DNA from: the human T2T-CHM13v2.0 reference genome, Homo sapiens
Length of the DNA: 64,000 bases
Reading direction: 5' to 3' (one strand)
NCBI RefSeq assembly: GCF_009914755.1
Contig: NC_060930.1
Part shown: in pieces, positions 1-16,519 of the stretch
Layout of the letters: every line of letters begins with the position of its first letter
How positions within the stretch are numbered: the stretch's first letter is position 1
Program-made: the position numbers and the translations under genes
Notes under the pieces: generated by a model
Told to the model about the DNA's origin: nothing
Database searches by the model: none
The model's input: the letters and a program-made list of their open reading frames with translations, nothing else

Positions 1-884
1 TACAGAGAGGAGACATTGGTTCACCTGTCAAAACGGGTGGCATATGTCTTACGTACATGTGATTATAGACTTCCAATACTGTCCTGGTATATAGAAACCT
101 CTGGCTACAGCCATAGGTTTCCTAGTGCGTATGGGGTCATTTAACAAATAATGATTCCGTTAACCACTGATACTTGTCTGACCTCGGCCCTGTCTTCTCT
201 TTTGCATGAATCTTTGATAGTTCTAGTGTCAAAACAGTAGGTACAGTCAGCGGGGTAGAAAAGCAAACTCTATTTTCAGTGAAACTAGAAAATAATATGT
301 CAAGTAGGTGGAGAAGTTTCCAAAAGCAGTGGAAACCAAGCAGGGCACGTGTAGGAAAAGGCAGAGAACGAGAGAGAGGTCCAAAGCTACAGATCTCAGA
401 AATAGCCAGCAAAACACACACTTCTCAAAGGTGAGGGGTTTACCTTGAGAAGCAATATGTATTTCTGTTGTGTGCCATCTTGGGAATAGAACAACCAGGC
501 TGGTGACAAGGGCATCTCACAACCAAGTTAGATTCTGTGATGCAAAAAACAGGTCACTCTTCTAAAGATAACAATGATCAAATCTGGACGAAATATAAAA
601 AACAAGTACTTGCAGGTGTTTTAGTGTAACCGAGAGCAGGTGGATTCTTGTGGGGTGTTGAGCTTTGGAAGAATGGAACAGCACCAGGTAAGCTTCCCAT
701 TTTCAAAGCCACTGGTGGGCTCACCCCTTGGCCCTGGGGGTGTGGTGGTTGTTTGCAGGGGCTGTGCCTGAAGCATGGGCCTGCGGTCTGGGGTACCTGT
801 ACACATGCACAGGAACTCCCAATCATGGAGGTGGAGGCAAGAGGAGAAGGAGGGCGATGGAACTGGTAGAAAGTGAACAGTTTC

Positions 885-1450
<566 letters not shown>

Positions 1451-1469
1451 AAAGTATTACATTAAATTC

Positions 1470-2065
1470 AGGAACACAATACATTGTTATTAACTTTAGT
1501 CACCATTATGGACAATAGAACTCTTAAACTTATTCCTGCTGTCTAAAATTTTTTACCCTTTGACCAACATCTCTCTAACACCTACCCACCCCAGCCCCTA
1601 ATAACCTCCATTCTGCTCACTGCTTCTATTAGTTCAATGTTTTGAGATTCCACATATAAATGAGATCATGCAATATTTCTCTTTCTGGGCCTGGCTTATT
1701 TCACTCAACATAATAAGTCCTCCAGGTTTATCCATGTTACTGCAAATGGCAGGATTTCCTTCTTTTTAAAGGCTGTACATATATGTACCACATTTTCTTT
1801 ACCCATGAATATACCCATGATTGGGATATTTCTCACACTGTGAGCTTAGGAAAACTTCATTCCTAAACAGTGGTTGGGATTGTGCCTCCACCAACTGACA
1901 GTAGATGTTTATCCATTAATCTCTTGCTGTACACTTGAGTTGTTTCATGCATTGGCTATTGTAATTAATGCTGCAATGGAGATAGGAGTGCAGACAGCTC
2001 TTCAGCATACTGGTTTCCATTTCTGTGGATATATACCCAGTAGTGGATTGCTGGGTCATATGATA
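1470..2065 (-). mobile_element. L1M (L1MA/MB-type) 3' end carrying a non-L1 insertion at 1821-1910
   Basis: gattccacatataaatgagatcatgc...tatatgtaccacattttcttt...ggatatatacccagtagtggattgctgggtcatatg. Confidence 0.85.
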
Positions 2066-2673
2066 GTAGAAAAAATTTTAAGAAGAAATATGCCCAAGTA
2101 ACAATGCATTTGATAAGCGCAACCCAGGTAAGACACAAGAAATGTCATAGAAGTTAAGGTACTCCCTGGAGTGTTTAGAGAAGGCACTATATAGGAAATA
2201 GCATTTGAGCTGTGCAGTGAATAATTTTTATAGAAAAGAGTGCCTTTTCAACACAAGAAAGAGCAATCACTAAAACGCAAAGGCAGGAAATGACAATGTG
2301 TATGTGGATGATGGGAGCCAGCCTGGCAGCTGTGTTGGGGTCATGAGAGATAAGGCTTGGAGCTGGCAGGGTGGGTTGCAGGAGGCCCAAGGAGCGTGGG
2401 CCAAGCATGGGCTGTGGAGAGATGACTCAGAGCAGAGAGAGCCTTTGAACAATGGATTTCCATGACCTGTAAAAGGGAGAGGCTTGGAGGCAGGAGTGCC
2501 TCTCTCGAGGTGCTAAAAGCTTTTGCAGAGGGTGGGAGGGGTTGGTTTGAGCCACTGAGAGGACTTGAAAAAAGAGAGGTCACAGCTACTGGGGGCCTTA
2601 AGTCTCTGGGAAACTGGGGTACAGAAAACCAAAATGAGAAAGTCAGAGAAGAGTAGCTTTGAGAATTGGCCAT

Positions 2674-3318
<645 letters not shown>

Positions 3319-3462
3319 AATTTTTTTTAAAGGAAAATAAAAAATATTCCATGAAAATGTCCAGAAATAGTTATAGATTATAAAAATGCAGTGCTATTAT
3401 GTTAAAGTCACTGTGAAAAATGAATTCTGGGATATTCAATGAAATCCTAAACAAAGTCCATA

Positions 3463-3823
3463 CAGGTTGAGCACCCCTAATCTGAAAATTGGAAATCTGA
3501 AATGCTACAAAATCCAAAACTTTTTGAGCACTGACATGATGTCACCAGTGGAAAATATTACACCTGACCTCATGCAATGGGTTGCAGTCAAAACATAGCC
3601 AAAACTTTGTTTCATGCACAAAATTATTTAAAATATTATATAAAATTACCTTCAGGCTATGTGGACAAGGTGTATATGAAACATAAATGAATTTCATGTT
3701 TAGACTTGGGTCTCATCCCCAAGATAACTCACTGTGTATACACAAATAATCCAAAATCTTAAAAAATCCCAAATCCAAGACACACTTTGTCGCAAGCATT
3801 TTAGATACGGGATACTCAACCTA
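3463..3823. mobile_element. Tigger4/MER46-type TcMar DNA transposon relic
   Basis: Terminal inverted repeats caggttgagcaccc / gggatactcaacct; TA target duplication at 3461-62 and 3824-25. Confidence 0.85.
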
Positions 3824-3902
3824 TATTGCTAATTCCCCCCAGATGAGGTTAGATTTTGCTGGTCTTGTGGCAGAAACTCGGCTTGGTGTAATTCTCAATG
3901 GC

Positions 3903-3920
3903 AGCAGCAGAGGGCAGCAG
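3903..3920 (+). promoter_or_regulatory. Candidate CTCF motif
   Basis: agCAGCAGAGGGCAGCAg resembles the CTCF core CCAGCAGAGGGCAGCA, in CpG-retaining unique DNA. Motif match only. Confidence 0.4.
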
Positions 3921-4151
3921 CAGTAGACGGTTGGGATACTCCTCACACCGAGTTAAGGGAAACTTCATTCCTTTATGAGGTTTGGGATTCTGCCTCCACC
4001 CACTGACGGTAGATGTTTCCAGATGCTGGGGAAGAGACGACTGGCCCTGGCTTGCCAAGTAAACCGCAGTTTCATCTACACCTTCCAGATGGAAATACTG
4101 AGCAAAGCAACAGGGATCGCCTTATTCCACGAAGCAAAAAGAATAATAATA

Positions 4152-4482
<331 letters not shown>

Positions 4483-4746
4483 CTAAGAGCTGCATGCATA
4501 TTATGCCATTTAATTGTCTTAAGAATCTGGCATTATTATTACCATCCACATTTTATTGTAAATGAGTTTAAGTGGAAGCAACTTATAAATGGTTGCTATC
4601 TGGCTCCTGAGTCCATTGGTTTAATTAACCCTTCCACTGTATTACCTGTCTACAAAGTTTTGTTATTCGAGTGTGTATACGTGCACACATGCTCTCTGGT
4701 GCACAGAGAGTTTTTGTTAGCTTATTTAGATTTTGGGGAAAGGTGA

Positions 4747-5070
<324 letters not shown>

Positions 5071-5130
5071 TCTTCATCTCTTCTTTTAAACCAAAACACT
5101 GTAAGGCGTGAACAACATACTTTGCTGGAG

Positions 5131-5366
5131 CAGTGCTCTTTCAAGTGCGGTCCCCTCTCTGGTGCTGTCCATGAGCTGTTGGTCAGGGGCCTGTGAGATA
5201 AGTACAGAAATCGAGAGCATTTAGATACTTTGATAGCAGTTTGACAGATTCATTTTATGTCTGTTGAATCTCATTATGAGCTTGTATTTTATATGTCTTT
5301 TTCATTTGGTTTTTCTAGTAACTTGTGGCTAGTTCCTTGCCCACAGGATTGCTCAAGAAGCACTGC
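5131..5366. mobile_element. hAT-Charlie-type DNA transposon relic
   Basis: cagtgctctttcaagtg...tcaagaagcactg termini; internal gagataagtacagaaat...tttatgtctgttgaatct. Confidence 0.6.
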
Positions 5367-5864
5367 AGTTGAGTTTATAACACACATGTAAAAGTCTAGA
5401 GGATTTTAGATAGTTCCTTTCACAGGGGAAACGAAACCCAGCACAATTATTAAGACATGGAGGGTTGCTCCTCTAAATCCTCCAACAGCTTCACTGATTG
5501 TCAAGATTAAAATACAATAAAGAGGGAGAAAGTGGCAGAGAGGGAGGAATGGGAGAAGAGGAACTTGAGGAGGGACAGTCTTGACAACTCTCGCGGGAGG
5601 ACTTGGGCTACGTCACTGCGATGAGTACAGGAAAAGCACAAAATTAAAAAGAAGCAAATGGAATAAGGAATACTTTTTCTAAAAGAAAACCAAAACAAAA
5701 CCCTGCTCTTAGATATGACTGCTGCACCTTTTGCATACACATTTGATACAGCAAATGATCCTGAAGTCCCTGTACTAGGCCAGGCTTCCACATTGATTTA
5801 TTCCATTCACTCATACAAATCAATACTTGATTTTCAACAAGCTGCAAGTCAGAAGTCGCCATTG

Positions 5865-6172
<308 letters not shown>

Positions 6173-7749
6173 TTAGGAATAAGAAGAAAAAAAGTTCTTT
6201 TAGGAGAAGTAGCATGTCTTAGGGAAAAACAAAAATCAAAACAATAAAGGAACTTGTCACGGCAAATGAAAAATTTTAAAATGGGAGGGAGAGTTTGTTA
6301 GAGTGAAGGAGTCAGGGGAAGCAGCATTGTTTGTTCATGTGCAGGCGCGCGCTTTCTCTGAAGATATAAACTGAAAAATGACTGGCTCGGTTTTGACTCT
6401 GGAGTACTTCCTTAGTGCACAGAGATAAAGGAGATGTCCAACTATATAATATGATTTGCCAGGCAGTCTTACCCAGTTGCCCCAAATCTTTCTTCCCTGC
6501 CCCTCCTCTGTATTTAATACCATTTCCTTGGCTTAAGGCTCTCTCCACTATTAAAAAGCCAAAGGAAGGAGTAATACATTCAACCAAATGGATCATTTGG
6601 TATGAGTTTACCAGATCCTCTCCAGAGAGCTTGATTTGATAAGAAGGATAGAGGGGACTGGAGGGGGCTCTGGACATTCCTTCTTCAGCAAACATTTGAG
6701 TCCCTACATGCCAAGCACTGGGAACTCACGCCCCCACCCTCAAGGAGCTTGTGATCTACTGAAAGAGACGTGAGTGAATCCAGAAAACCATGCGGAGATC
6801 CAGCGCTTTTGTGTGCACAGTAGGTGGTTACATAAGGGTTAGAGAAGAATGCATTCAGACTGTGAGAGGTAGTAGAATATGAGAAAGAATTAACTCGCTA
6901 ATGCATACATGGGGGATTTCAGAGCAATGGGAAGCCATTGCTCAGATAATGCCAGGAGGTGGTACAACTGGAATAAAAATAGGAACCTGAGACCCTGCAC
7001 ACCAGCCAGTCTTGGGGGTGTGGACACGAAGCCCGGGATGATGTCAGGCTGTTCTGATTTGGTTCCCATTGGAGCCTATTAAGACTGATTAAGGACTGTT
7101 CACTTTGGAAAATCACATTTTGACTTCTATCCCTTCACAATTCAGCTCAAAACCAATGCTTAATTCAAGTTCAAGTCAGACTTAGCTCCCTCCAAATTAG
7201 TCATTGTCATTTTCATGACATAAAACTGCATTTTGGCAACAGGGCACAGACACATTCCACCTCCTCAATGTGCTAGTTAAGCAAAATACTAACTTCTCAA
7301 TGCCTCATTTGTCTTTTCTGTAGAATGGGCATATTGGCACTACTTGCCTCACAAGGTTATCATGAGGATTAAAATAAATAAACCCATAAAGCACCTATGA
7401 TTACTTTGATTGCTAATCCACGGCCGATGGTTTGATGACCTGAGGGGCTGTTGGGGTGGGAAGGCCTCTTCTCTCACTGCGCATAAGAAGGGCTGGGATG
7501 AGAGGGTTGAAGGGAAGAAGTAGCATGTGAACACCTGAATGGGTCTGCAGAGAGAGCTTGGAGCCACTGACAGAGGGACGGAACAAAGGTGCTCCCAGAT
7601 CAGAAGCAGGCACTTGAGAAGAGGCTTCAGTAGAAGCACAAGCTTTTAACAGGAAGAGAAAGCAAATTTCTTCAGGCGTATAGGAAGCTGGCAGGAGGTG
7701 TGGCCACGGAACACCGTCCTCTGTTGAGGATGCAGAGCTAGATCTTCAA

Positions 7750-9760
7750 TATTCACCTAATGTTTCTCGAGCTCCCACTATGTTCCAGGGGCTTTTCTAA
7801 GTGCTTGGGTATGTCCAAATGCATACATAAAACATCCCTACCCTATGGAGGATAGGGATATATAGTCTAGTGGGGCAAACAGGCAACAGACAATGGATAT
7901 AATAAATAAGGACATTTATTTTTCAGAAAGAAAAGAGTTGACAAGGGAAATGCTGATTGGGTATTTGGGGGTGAGGTTGCATGTCTATTTATTTCAGGAA
8001 TGACAAGGGGACCAGTATTGAACTGGAGCCACAAAAGGACAGAGTAGACGTGTGGTGGCAGAAGGGTTACAGGGTGGGAGAGAGAAGTTAGATCACTTTG
8101 GTCACTGTGAGCACTTTGGCCTTTTCTTTAAGTGAAATGTGGAGTTTTAAGCAGAGAATTGATATAATATGACTCATATTTTCAAAGAACTGCATTTGTT
8201 ACTATGTTGAAAATAGATGTCAGGGCACATGGGAAGAAACAGAGACAGAGAGGTATTCCTGCAATTCAAGCAAGGGATCATGACGATGACCAGGACCAGG
8301 GGGACAGCAGTGGGTGGAGTGACAAGTAGTGGGATTATAGATATATGTTTAAGGTAGAGCCAATAGGCGTTCCCCACAATTTACAGGTGGGGTGTGAGAG
8401 AAGATGGGAGTCAACTGTGACCTCTTTTATCGAACCTAAGCAGCCAGAAGAACGGGGAAAGGTGTACATAGAGCAGGCATGGACTTGGTGCTTCTGAGAT
8501 TATAAGACATCCAGTAGAAATGTCAAGTAGATGGCTGGTCCCAACTCTGGAGTACACCAGTTATCAATTAACTGCCTCTCACCTCCAGATCCACCTTTCA
8601 TTATCTGGTCTGTGGAAATGGAGCTGGGCCATGTAAATATCTTGACTTTGCCCTCTGGAATGATGTGAAAGTTTCTCAGCAGAGTGCACTGGAGGGATGC
8701 TGCAGGAGGAAAGGCTTCTCTTCCCAATCCTGGTGAATGCTTCGTGGCAGGCCCCTACAGTGTGCATAGTGTGTGCAGCACCCAAGTCCTACAGTGAGCT
8801 GCAGCCACTACCTGGCAGCTGGCAGCATAAGACACCTCTTATGGTTGGCTTCCCTCCATACCTTTGCAGCAAGTTCCGAAGCACAGCACCAATCAGCAGA
8901 CTTTGCAGCAAGTTCCAAGGTGTAGCACCAACCAACAGGCAGCTCCCCCAGCACCAGAGAGGGCCGATTCTCAGTAACATCAGTGTAGCAGCTCAGCAAA
9001 CCTTTCCACCTTCCCATGAGCCACAGCTGCACCCTTTCCAATAAGGTCTGGATTTCAGCCCTAGAGTATGAGTGGAGGTCCTCCTCTTCCAGATTTGTTC
9101 TCTTCTTGAACACTCTATCTCAGCCTTATAGATGGCAGAAGCTCCCTTTATCTATTTATGTATCCTTTGGCATTTTCTTTACCGATTGCTAGCCCATCAT
9201 CCATTACTCCAGTCCCCCATTATAATTATATTAAACTGTTCCTGTGCAAACTACTCTGTGGCTTTTGCCTCCTGAGTGGACCCTGGCTGATATCTGGGGT
9301 TCAGCAGAGAGCTTCAGACAGAATGTATATCCTTGGGAGCTGTCAGCAAATAAAGGCGTGTGGAGCCATGAGATTACTAATGGAGTGGACAGATGGAGGA
9401 GGAGAAAAAATAGACGCCAACATTAAAAGATCAGGGAGAAAATGAGGAATTTGCATAAATGACAGGGAAGGGGCCACCGTAAGGTAGGAGGAAAATCAAG
9501 AGATTTTTCTGGCAACCAAGTTTAAAAAGTGTATCAGGGAGGGAGTGATCCACCATGTCAAAGTTTGCTGATATATCAAGTAAAAGTTCTGAGAGATGAC
9601 AATGGGACGTCATTGTGACCTTGACAAGATCAGTGAGGAAGAAGACCGATGGAGATGTTTTTAAGAGAGAATGGAAAGGGAAGAATTGAGACAGAGACCT
9701 TCAGAAATTCTTTTGAGAAGTTTTGTTGCAAAGAAAAGCAAATAAATGGGTAGTAGCTGG
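7750..9760. mobile_element. L2 LINE fragments, split by an LTR
   Basis: L2-like motifs (cactatgttccagg...tagtctagtgggg; ttttaagcagaga; gacatccagtagaaatgtcaagtag) resume after 9291. Confidence 0.65.
8551..9291. mobile_element. ERVL solo LTR (LTR41-like)
   Basis: ttaactgcctctcacctccagatccacc...gccTCCTGAGTGGACCCTGGCTGATATA LTR-type ends; inserted in L2. Confidence 0.6.
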
Positions 9761-10209
9761 GTATGGGGGGCATTAGGAGGTAGTGCCAAGAGGAAGAAGC
9801 AGCACGTTTCTGAGATTATGAAAATGGTCTGGTAGCGAAGGAATAATTGCTGATTTGGCAAGAAGGGGGAGAAATGCTGGAGCCTCATTTTTGAATAGAG
9901 GATGGTTGGCCTAGAGTCAGGAGTGCAAGTGAAGGGATGATACACAGGGCCTTCGAGGTCTCCCCAAGGGCCAGATTGAAACAACCAAAGAAAAAGTTGG
10001 GCTTATCCATAGGTGGAGACAGCCTAGACAAAGGGAAGTGTGACTTGGGAATGGAGCAGAATTGCCAGGAAGCCATGCCCTCCAAGCCAACTACAGCTAC
10101 TGACCAGGCAGCTTAGCCAAGGAGAGCATGCCCTGTGAGTGCCCGTCTTCATGCTTTGGTGAACAGGGAGAGAATGAGACCTAGAGAATGAAGACTTGGA
10201 GAATGAGTA

Positions 10210-10460
10210 CGGACTCCAGAACAGATCACTGGGATTGAATTGCAACTCTGCTCTCACAAGCTCTATGACAAAGGATAAAAACAATACAAAACAAAACAAA
10301 AACTTAATTTCTTTCTATTTCACTTATAAAGAATGATCTTGATAATTATTATACATGCACCACAGGCCGTTGTGAGGATTAAATGAGTTAAGTATCTAAA
10401 ACATGTACAACAGTAGCTGACACTATATAAATAATGAGCACTAGATCATACCAGTTAGTA
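10210..10460 (+). mobile_element. MIR
   Basis: MIR core gttgtgaggattaaatgagtta. Confidence 0.75.
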
Positions 10461-10490
10461 TTTTTAATGTTGCTTTTCCCTTAGTTTTAG

Positions 10491-10821
<331 letters not shown>

Positions 10822-11025
10822 TAGTTTCCTTTTTCAAAAATGTCTTATTTGAATTAAAAAAAAAATTTTTGTAAGAGGGATATATCCATTTCTATTCTAG
10901 GATTGCTGAAGTTGGGTCTTTAGGGAGTGATCTAAATGGAAAGTCAAGTATGGTAGCAACTGAGAACGTGGAAGTTTAGGTCAAAGTGGCCCAGAGTGGG
11001 GAAACCTCTCATGGGTATAATAGGG

Positions 11026-11390
11026 TGACATGGTTTGGATCTGTGTCCCCACCCAAATCTCATATCGAATTGTAACCCGCAGTGTTGGAGGTGGGGGCCT
11101 GGTGGGAGGTGACTAGATCATGGGGGCAGTTTCTCATGAATGGGTTACACCATCCCCTCGATGCTGTTCTCATGATAGTGAGTGAGTGAATTATCGTGAG
11201 ATCTGGCTGTTTAAAAGTGTGTAGCACTTCCCCACTCCCTCTCTTCCTCCTACCCCAGGCTTCTGAGGTGCCTCGCTCCCCCTTTGCCTTCCTCATGGTT
11301 GAAGGCTTCCTGAGGCCTCCCCAGAAGCAGATGCCTGTATGCCTCCTGTACAGCCTGCAGAACCGTGAGCCAAGTCAGCCTCTTTTCTCA
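11026..11390 (+). mobile_element. MaLR LTR (MSTA-like), 3' truncated
   Basis: tgacatggtttggatctgtgtccccacccaaatctcat...cagcctgcagaaccgtgagcca. Confidence 0.85.
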
Positions 11391-11740
11391 GCCTCCCCTG
11401 CAGGTCGTCGTGACCACGAGACTAAGTCTTGGTCAAAGGATGGGAAAGGGATGTTTTATGTGAAACTTTGGGGTCATACTCTTCAAGGGAAGGGACACTC
11501 CCTTCTTTTTCCTGATGGCTAGAATACAATCACAGGGGTGAGCCATTCAGAACCATCCAGACAAAGATGACTCCATAGGAAAAATGGGACAACCAGATAG
11601 GTAAGTCCAACCCCCGGCAGCTCGTCAGAACAGCCGCCATTCTAGCTTCTCCTGCTGCATGAAGGAGAAGGAGACCTGTATCTTGATTACGTTTCTATTA
11701 CTTTGAGACTCTGTTTTATGCAACCAAACTTATATCCAAA
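11390..11740 (+). mobile_element. Old MaLR (MLT1-like) LTR fragment
   Basis: gtgaccacgagactaagtcttggtcaaagg...ctgttttatgcaaccaaac. Confidence 0.5.
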
Positions 11741-12092
11741 AAAAATTGATTTCCATAAAAATATCCCTGCAGGACCACTTATTTGAATGCCATGAAACCC
11801 CTAGAACAGAGATGTGAGCAGATGTAAACGTGCCAATCTTACGTTCATAGGAAAGTGCAGCTGCAGAGGGCAGAGAGCCCAGCTCTTTGCCAATTAAGAA
11901 AAACAGACTTCATGAGAGGCCCTGCTGCCCCAATCCTGGGCACCTTTGGCCTTCTGGTCCTGTTACGTTCATTCTTGATCTTATCCTCCTCTCCCTTCTT
12001 CATTGAGAAACGTATACTTTCTTCGTTGTTCTACTCAAGCCTAAACCATCTTGCCACCATCCCACCTTCAGAATGCCTGCAACACAATCTAG

Positions 12093-12402
<310 letters not shown>

Positions 12403-14865
12403 ATTCCTCAGTTCTTATACTTGACTCAATTATCCTGAGTTTAAATCAGAGGAAACTCAACTCTGGTCTCCTGAAAAACTTTCAACTCATTTCTTCCTCT
12501 GCATCTTCTCACTATTCTGGATTTGGATTCCTCTGGTGCATAGTTCCCAGAAGGGCCCCAAAATTATTTCCTAAACCAACAGACATTTTTTTTCCTAATA
12601 CACGTTCGCCCTATCTTCCTCTCCCCACAAACATGTATTAGGCTCTTATTTATTCTCTTCCAGGGATCATACCATGTTCTAACCTATGCAGACACCCACC
12701 CCTGCAAGTGCAAAGCATGAATGATCATGGGAAAAACTCTTTCTTCATAGGATGGAATCAGAATTTCAACACAATATCAAGAATTAAAGTCTAATTTCAA
12801 ACAGGTAGTTGGCAGGTATCCATCAAGGAAAACTAATTTAGGACTTAGAACATTTCTGGAAATCTACATGCTAGTACCCTAGCATGTACTCTTCATCCTC
12901 ATTCATTTATTTCCTTTCATTAGCAGTGTTACAGACCTCAAGTAAGTTCAATAGGAAGCCAAACTGACCTGATTAATTATTTTAAACAAACAATACAAAA
13001 CTACAGTTTGCATGTTGGAGATCCCAAAGAGGCTTCTTTTCTTTGGATCACTGGAGTAATTTTTCCTTGGCTGTGGTCTCTCAGGTACTACATGAAGCTC
13101 CATGTTTTTTGGCCCTTTGCCTCATCACCAGGACAATGGGAAACTCTCGAAATTGATTAGATGAGTGATGTTATAAGAAAAAGGTAAGATTGTGTCAGAA
13201 TTAACTGGCATTTCACGGTGGAATCTGGCTTCCTGTTGAGATATGGGTTTAGACACCACCTCTATCATTTGCCATCTGTGCTACTCTTAGTAAGTTAGTT
13301 AACCTTTCTGAGCTTTGAATTTGAAAAAAAACAAAAAAACAAAAGGTGGGGCTGGTGGGGGCTGGTGCGTTAAACAATAGCTGCTATGGTCGTGAGGATT
13401 ACATGAGGGCCTGGTCACACTTCCCTAGCCGAATAGGGCCCTATCTCAGGCCGTCTCTGCATAAACCATGCTCTTGCCCACATTTCCCCGCTCTGTAAAC
13501 CGGCTCTCAAGTGAATGCCATATTGAAAAGGATCTGATAAATAAAGTATCACTCAGGCAACATCAATAAGCTGCTTTCTCCTGAGATATTTGTGCTTCAG
13601 CATGGATATGTCATTAATCAGTAGGGTGGAGTTTCAGGTATGAATGACAGAATGGAAGAGAGGAATACTGTGCTTGGGAAGTGCCAGAACCATCGAATCA
13701 TACCAGCTGGACCAGTTTATTTCACTGTGATGCAGGTTCTACTCATTGTAGAATTGTACACTGAGGTTGACACCTAAGTAACTTTGAAAAGGGTGCCTTA
13801 GGATGCACATATTATAAAACCAAAAGGATGGAGAAGTTGTCTTGAAGGTACTGTGTCTGCTCACGGTGTAACAACGGTTACAATTTAAAATTCCCCCTCA
13901 ATTAGAAAAAAAAGTGAAACAAAGACCCAACCAAAAAATTAAACAGTATACAAAAATCCCTTTAGTCATAATGGCCGTAGAAACTCTAAGAATTAGTGTG
14001 TGGCATCTGCACATCTAAACATTTCTCTATAGTCTTGGGAAACTTCCACATGGCATGAGGGGACAACAGACCTGGGATCCGGAATATGCATACATCTTGC
14101 CAGTAGCAAGGGAAGGATCTGGAAAAGAGAATAAAAGGCTCTCAGCTTGATCAGAACACACCTAATCCCCTGTGGATAAAAAGCATGACTGTCATTCTTG
14201 GCCAACTGCACTTGAGTCTCCCAAATTCAGGCTGGGAAAAGGACTAGAACTTGTACAGCCCAGTGCCTGTTGAAGCCCTTTCCTACACCTCTCCTCCAGA
14301 GAAGGGATGGGTGTTCCCTGATTACAGAAATGGAGTCCAGAGTGGGCAGAAGAATTGAAGTTGGGACACCAGCATGTGGAACCCATCCCTGCCTCTCCGT
14401 GGCAACCTGGACCATGGGAAGGCTTGGCCGTGTCCTCTAGCCAAATTCCTGGGGTCCTTATATAGTTTTTTTCTCTCTGTGAAGAGATTCCTAGAAATTA
14501 CAGGTTTACTTGACTTTTAACATAGTATTGAGGACACACTATCAGCTTCAAACAACTTACCATCTTCTCTTAGCCTTCTAATCCCATTACTTCCTCCGGT
14601 GGGGCTATAGGAGGGAGGGGAATATAAAACTATTTTGTTTTCAGGGAAGAAAGTGAATATGCAAAAAAAAAATTTTTTTTTTTTTTTTTTTATTTAAGCA
14701 ACTGATTCAGGAAACACTTGACCTATTCACCTTCTCCTTCCTGGAACACTTGACTTGTTTTTCATAGGAGTCTTCGTGTTAGTAGGGTTGGATGGATGAG
14801 CTCCGTGAAGATAGTCACAGGCTGATTATTGTAGTCTTTGCAGGGCCAAAAAGAAAAGCAAAGAG

Positions 14866-15176
<311 letters not shown>

Positions 15177-15872
15177 TCAGGAGGAAGGGTGGGTAGCTAA
15201 GTGGCAGTGAGAAGGACGAGGATGTCTGTGAACATGGAGGGTGGCAGTCGGGGGCACACTGAGCGTGGAAGTCTCTCTCCTGAGCAGCTGCAGAGTGCCC
15301 ATTGGAACATTCTAGGGCACGGAGCAGGAGTACAAACATACCACTGTCATGGCTTCCTTCTTGGCATCTGGGTGCTGAGTGCCAGTCTCTTTTAGGCTTG
15401 GCCCATATTTGTGAATACTGGAAAAAACACAAAATGGACTGGCTCACAATATCTTCTGCTCATCCTGAAGGATGAAAACTCAATATTAGCAATTCTATGC
15501 TGAAGACAAGTTCAGACCCTTCAGAAGCTCTTAGAACCAAAGATTTATTTTTTTCCTGGAAAAGACCTTAAGAGACTATCCAATAAATGTTAATATAATT
15601 CCTATTTTGTAAAGGAAGCCACTGAGGCCTAGAAAGATTAGATGATTTAATTTTCCCAAAGGTTTGCAGCCAGTGAGGGGTCGGGTTAGAAATCCAAGTC
15701 TCTCCCTGAACCTGGCAATGCTGTGTCCTACATTTTGTTACCTCTCTGGCTGACGAGTGATCATGATGAATTGCAAAAAATAAATTACTTCTGTGCTGGG
15801 AGGAGGTGGTGAGGAACAAATGGGTGGTTACTCGCAAGGCTGCCAAACTCTGCCTGGAGAAGCTTGTGAGTG

Positions 15873-16183
<311 letters not shown>

Positions 16184-16189
16184 GTGAAT

Positions 16190-16345
16190 GGTTCTTAAAG
16201 CCCTATCTGAACATTAGAATCACCTGAAGAGCTGTGACCCAGCAGATGAATTCAATCAGAACCTCTAGGTGTGAGGTCAGGGTATCTATACTTTATAAAA
16301 GCTCCCCAGGTGATCCTAAGATGCAGCCAGGGCTGAGAGCCACTG
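16190..16345. mobile_element. MER5-type hAT relic
   Basis: cattagaatcacctg...aagctccccaggtgatcctaagatgcagccagggctgagagccactg. Confidence 0.75.
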
Positions 16346-16362
16346 TTCTAAAACTGTGACTC

Positions 16363-16497
16363 TTTTTTTTTTTTTTAATTAGAGATGGGGTCTCAATATG
16401 TTTACCAGGCTGGTCTTGAACTCCTGGCCTGAAGTGATCCTCCCATCTCAGCCTCCCAAAGTGCCAGGATTCCAGGCATGAGCCACCACGCCCAGCC
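16363..16497 (-). mobile_element. FLAM / Alu monomer
   Basis: Single left-type monomer; TSD ctaaaactgtga. Confidence 0.85.
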
Positions 16498-16519
16498 TAA
16501 AACTGTGATTCTTGTAAGG

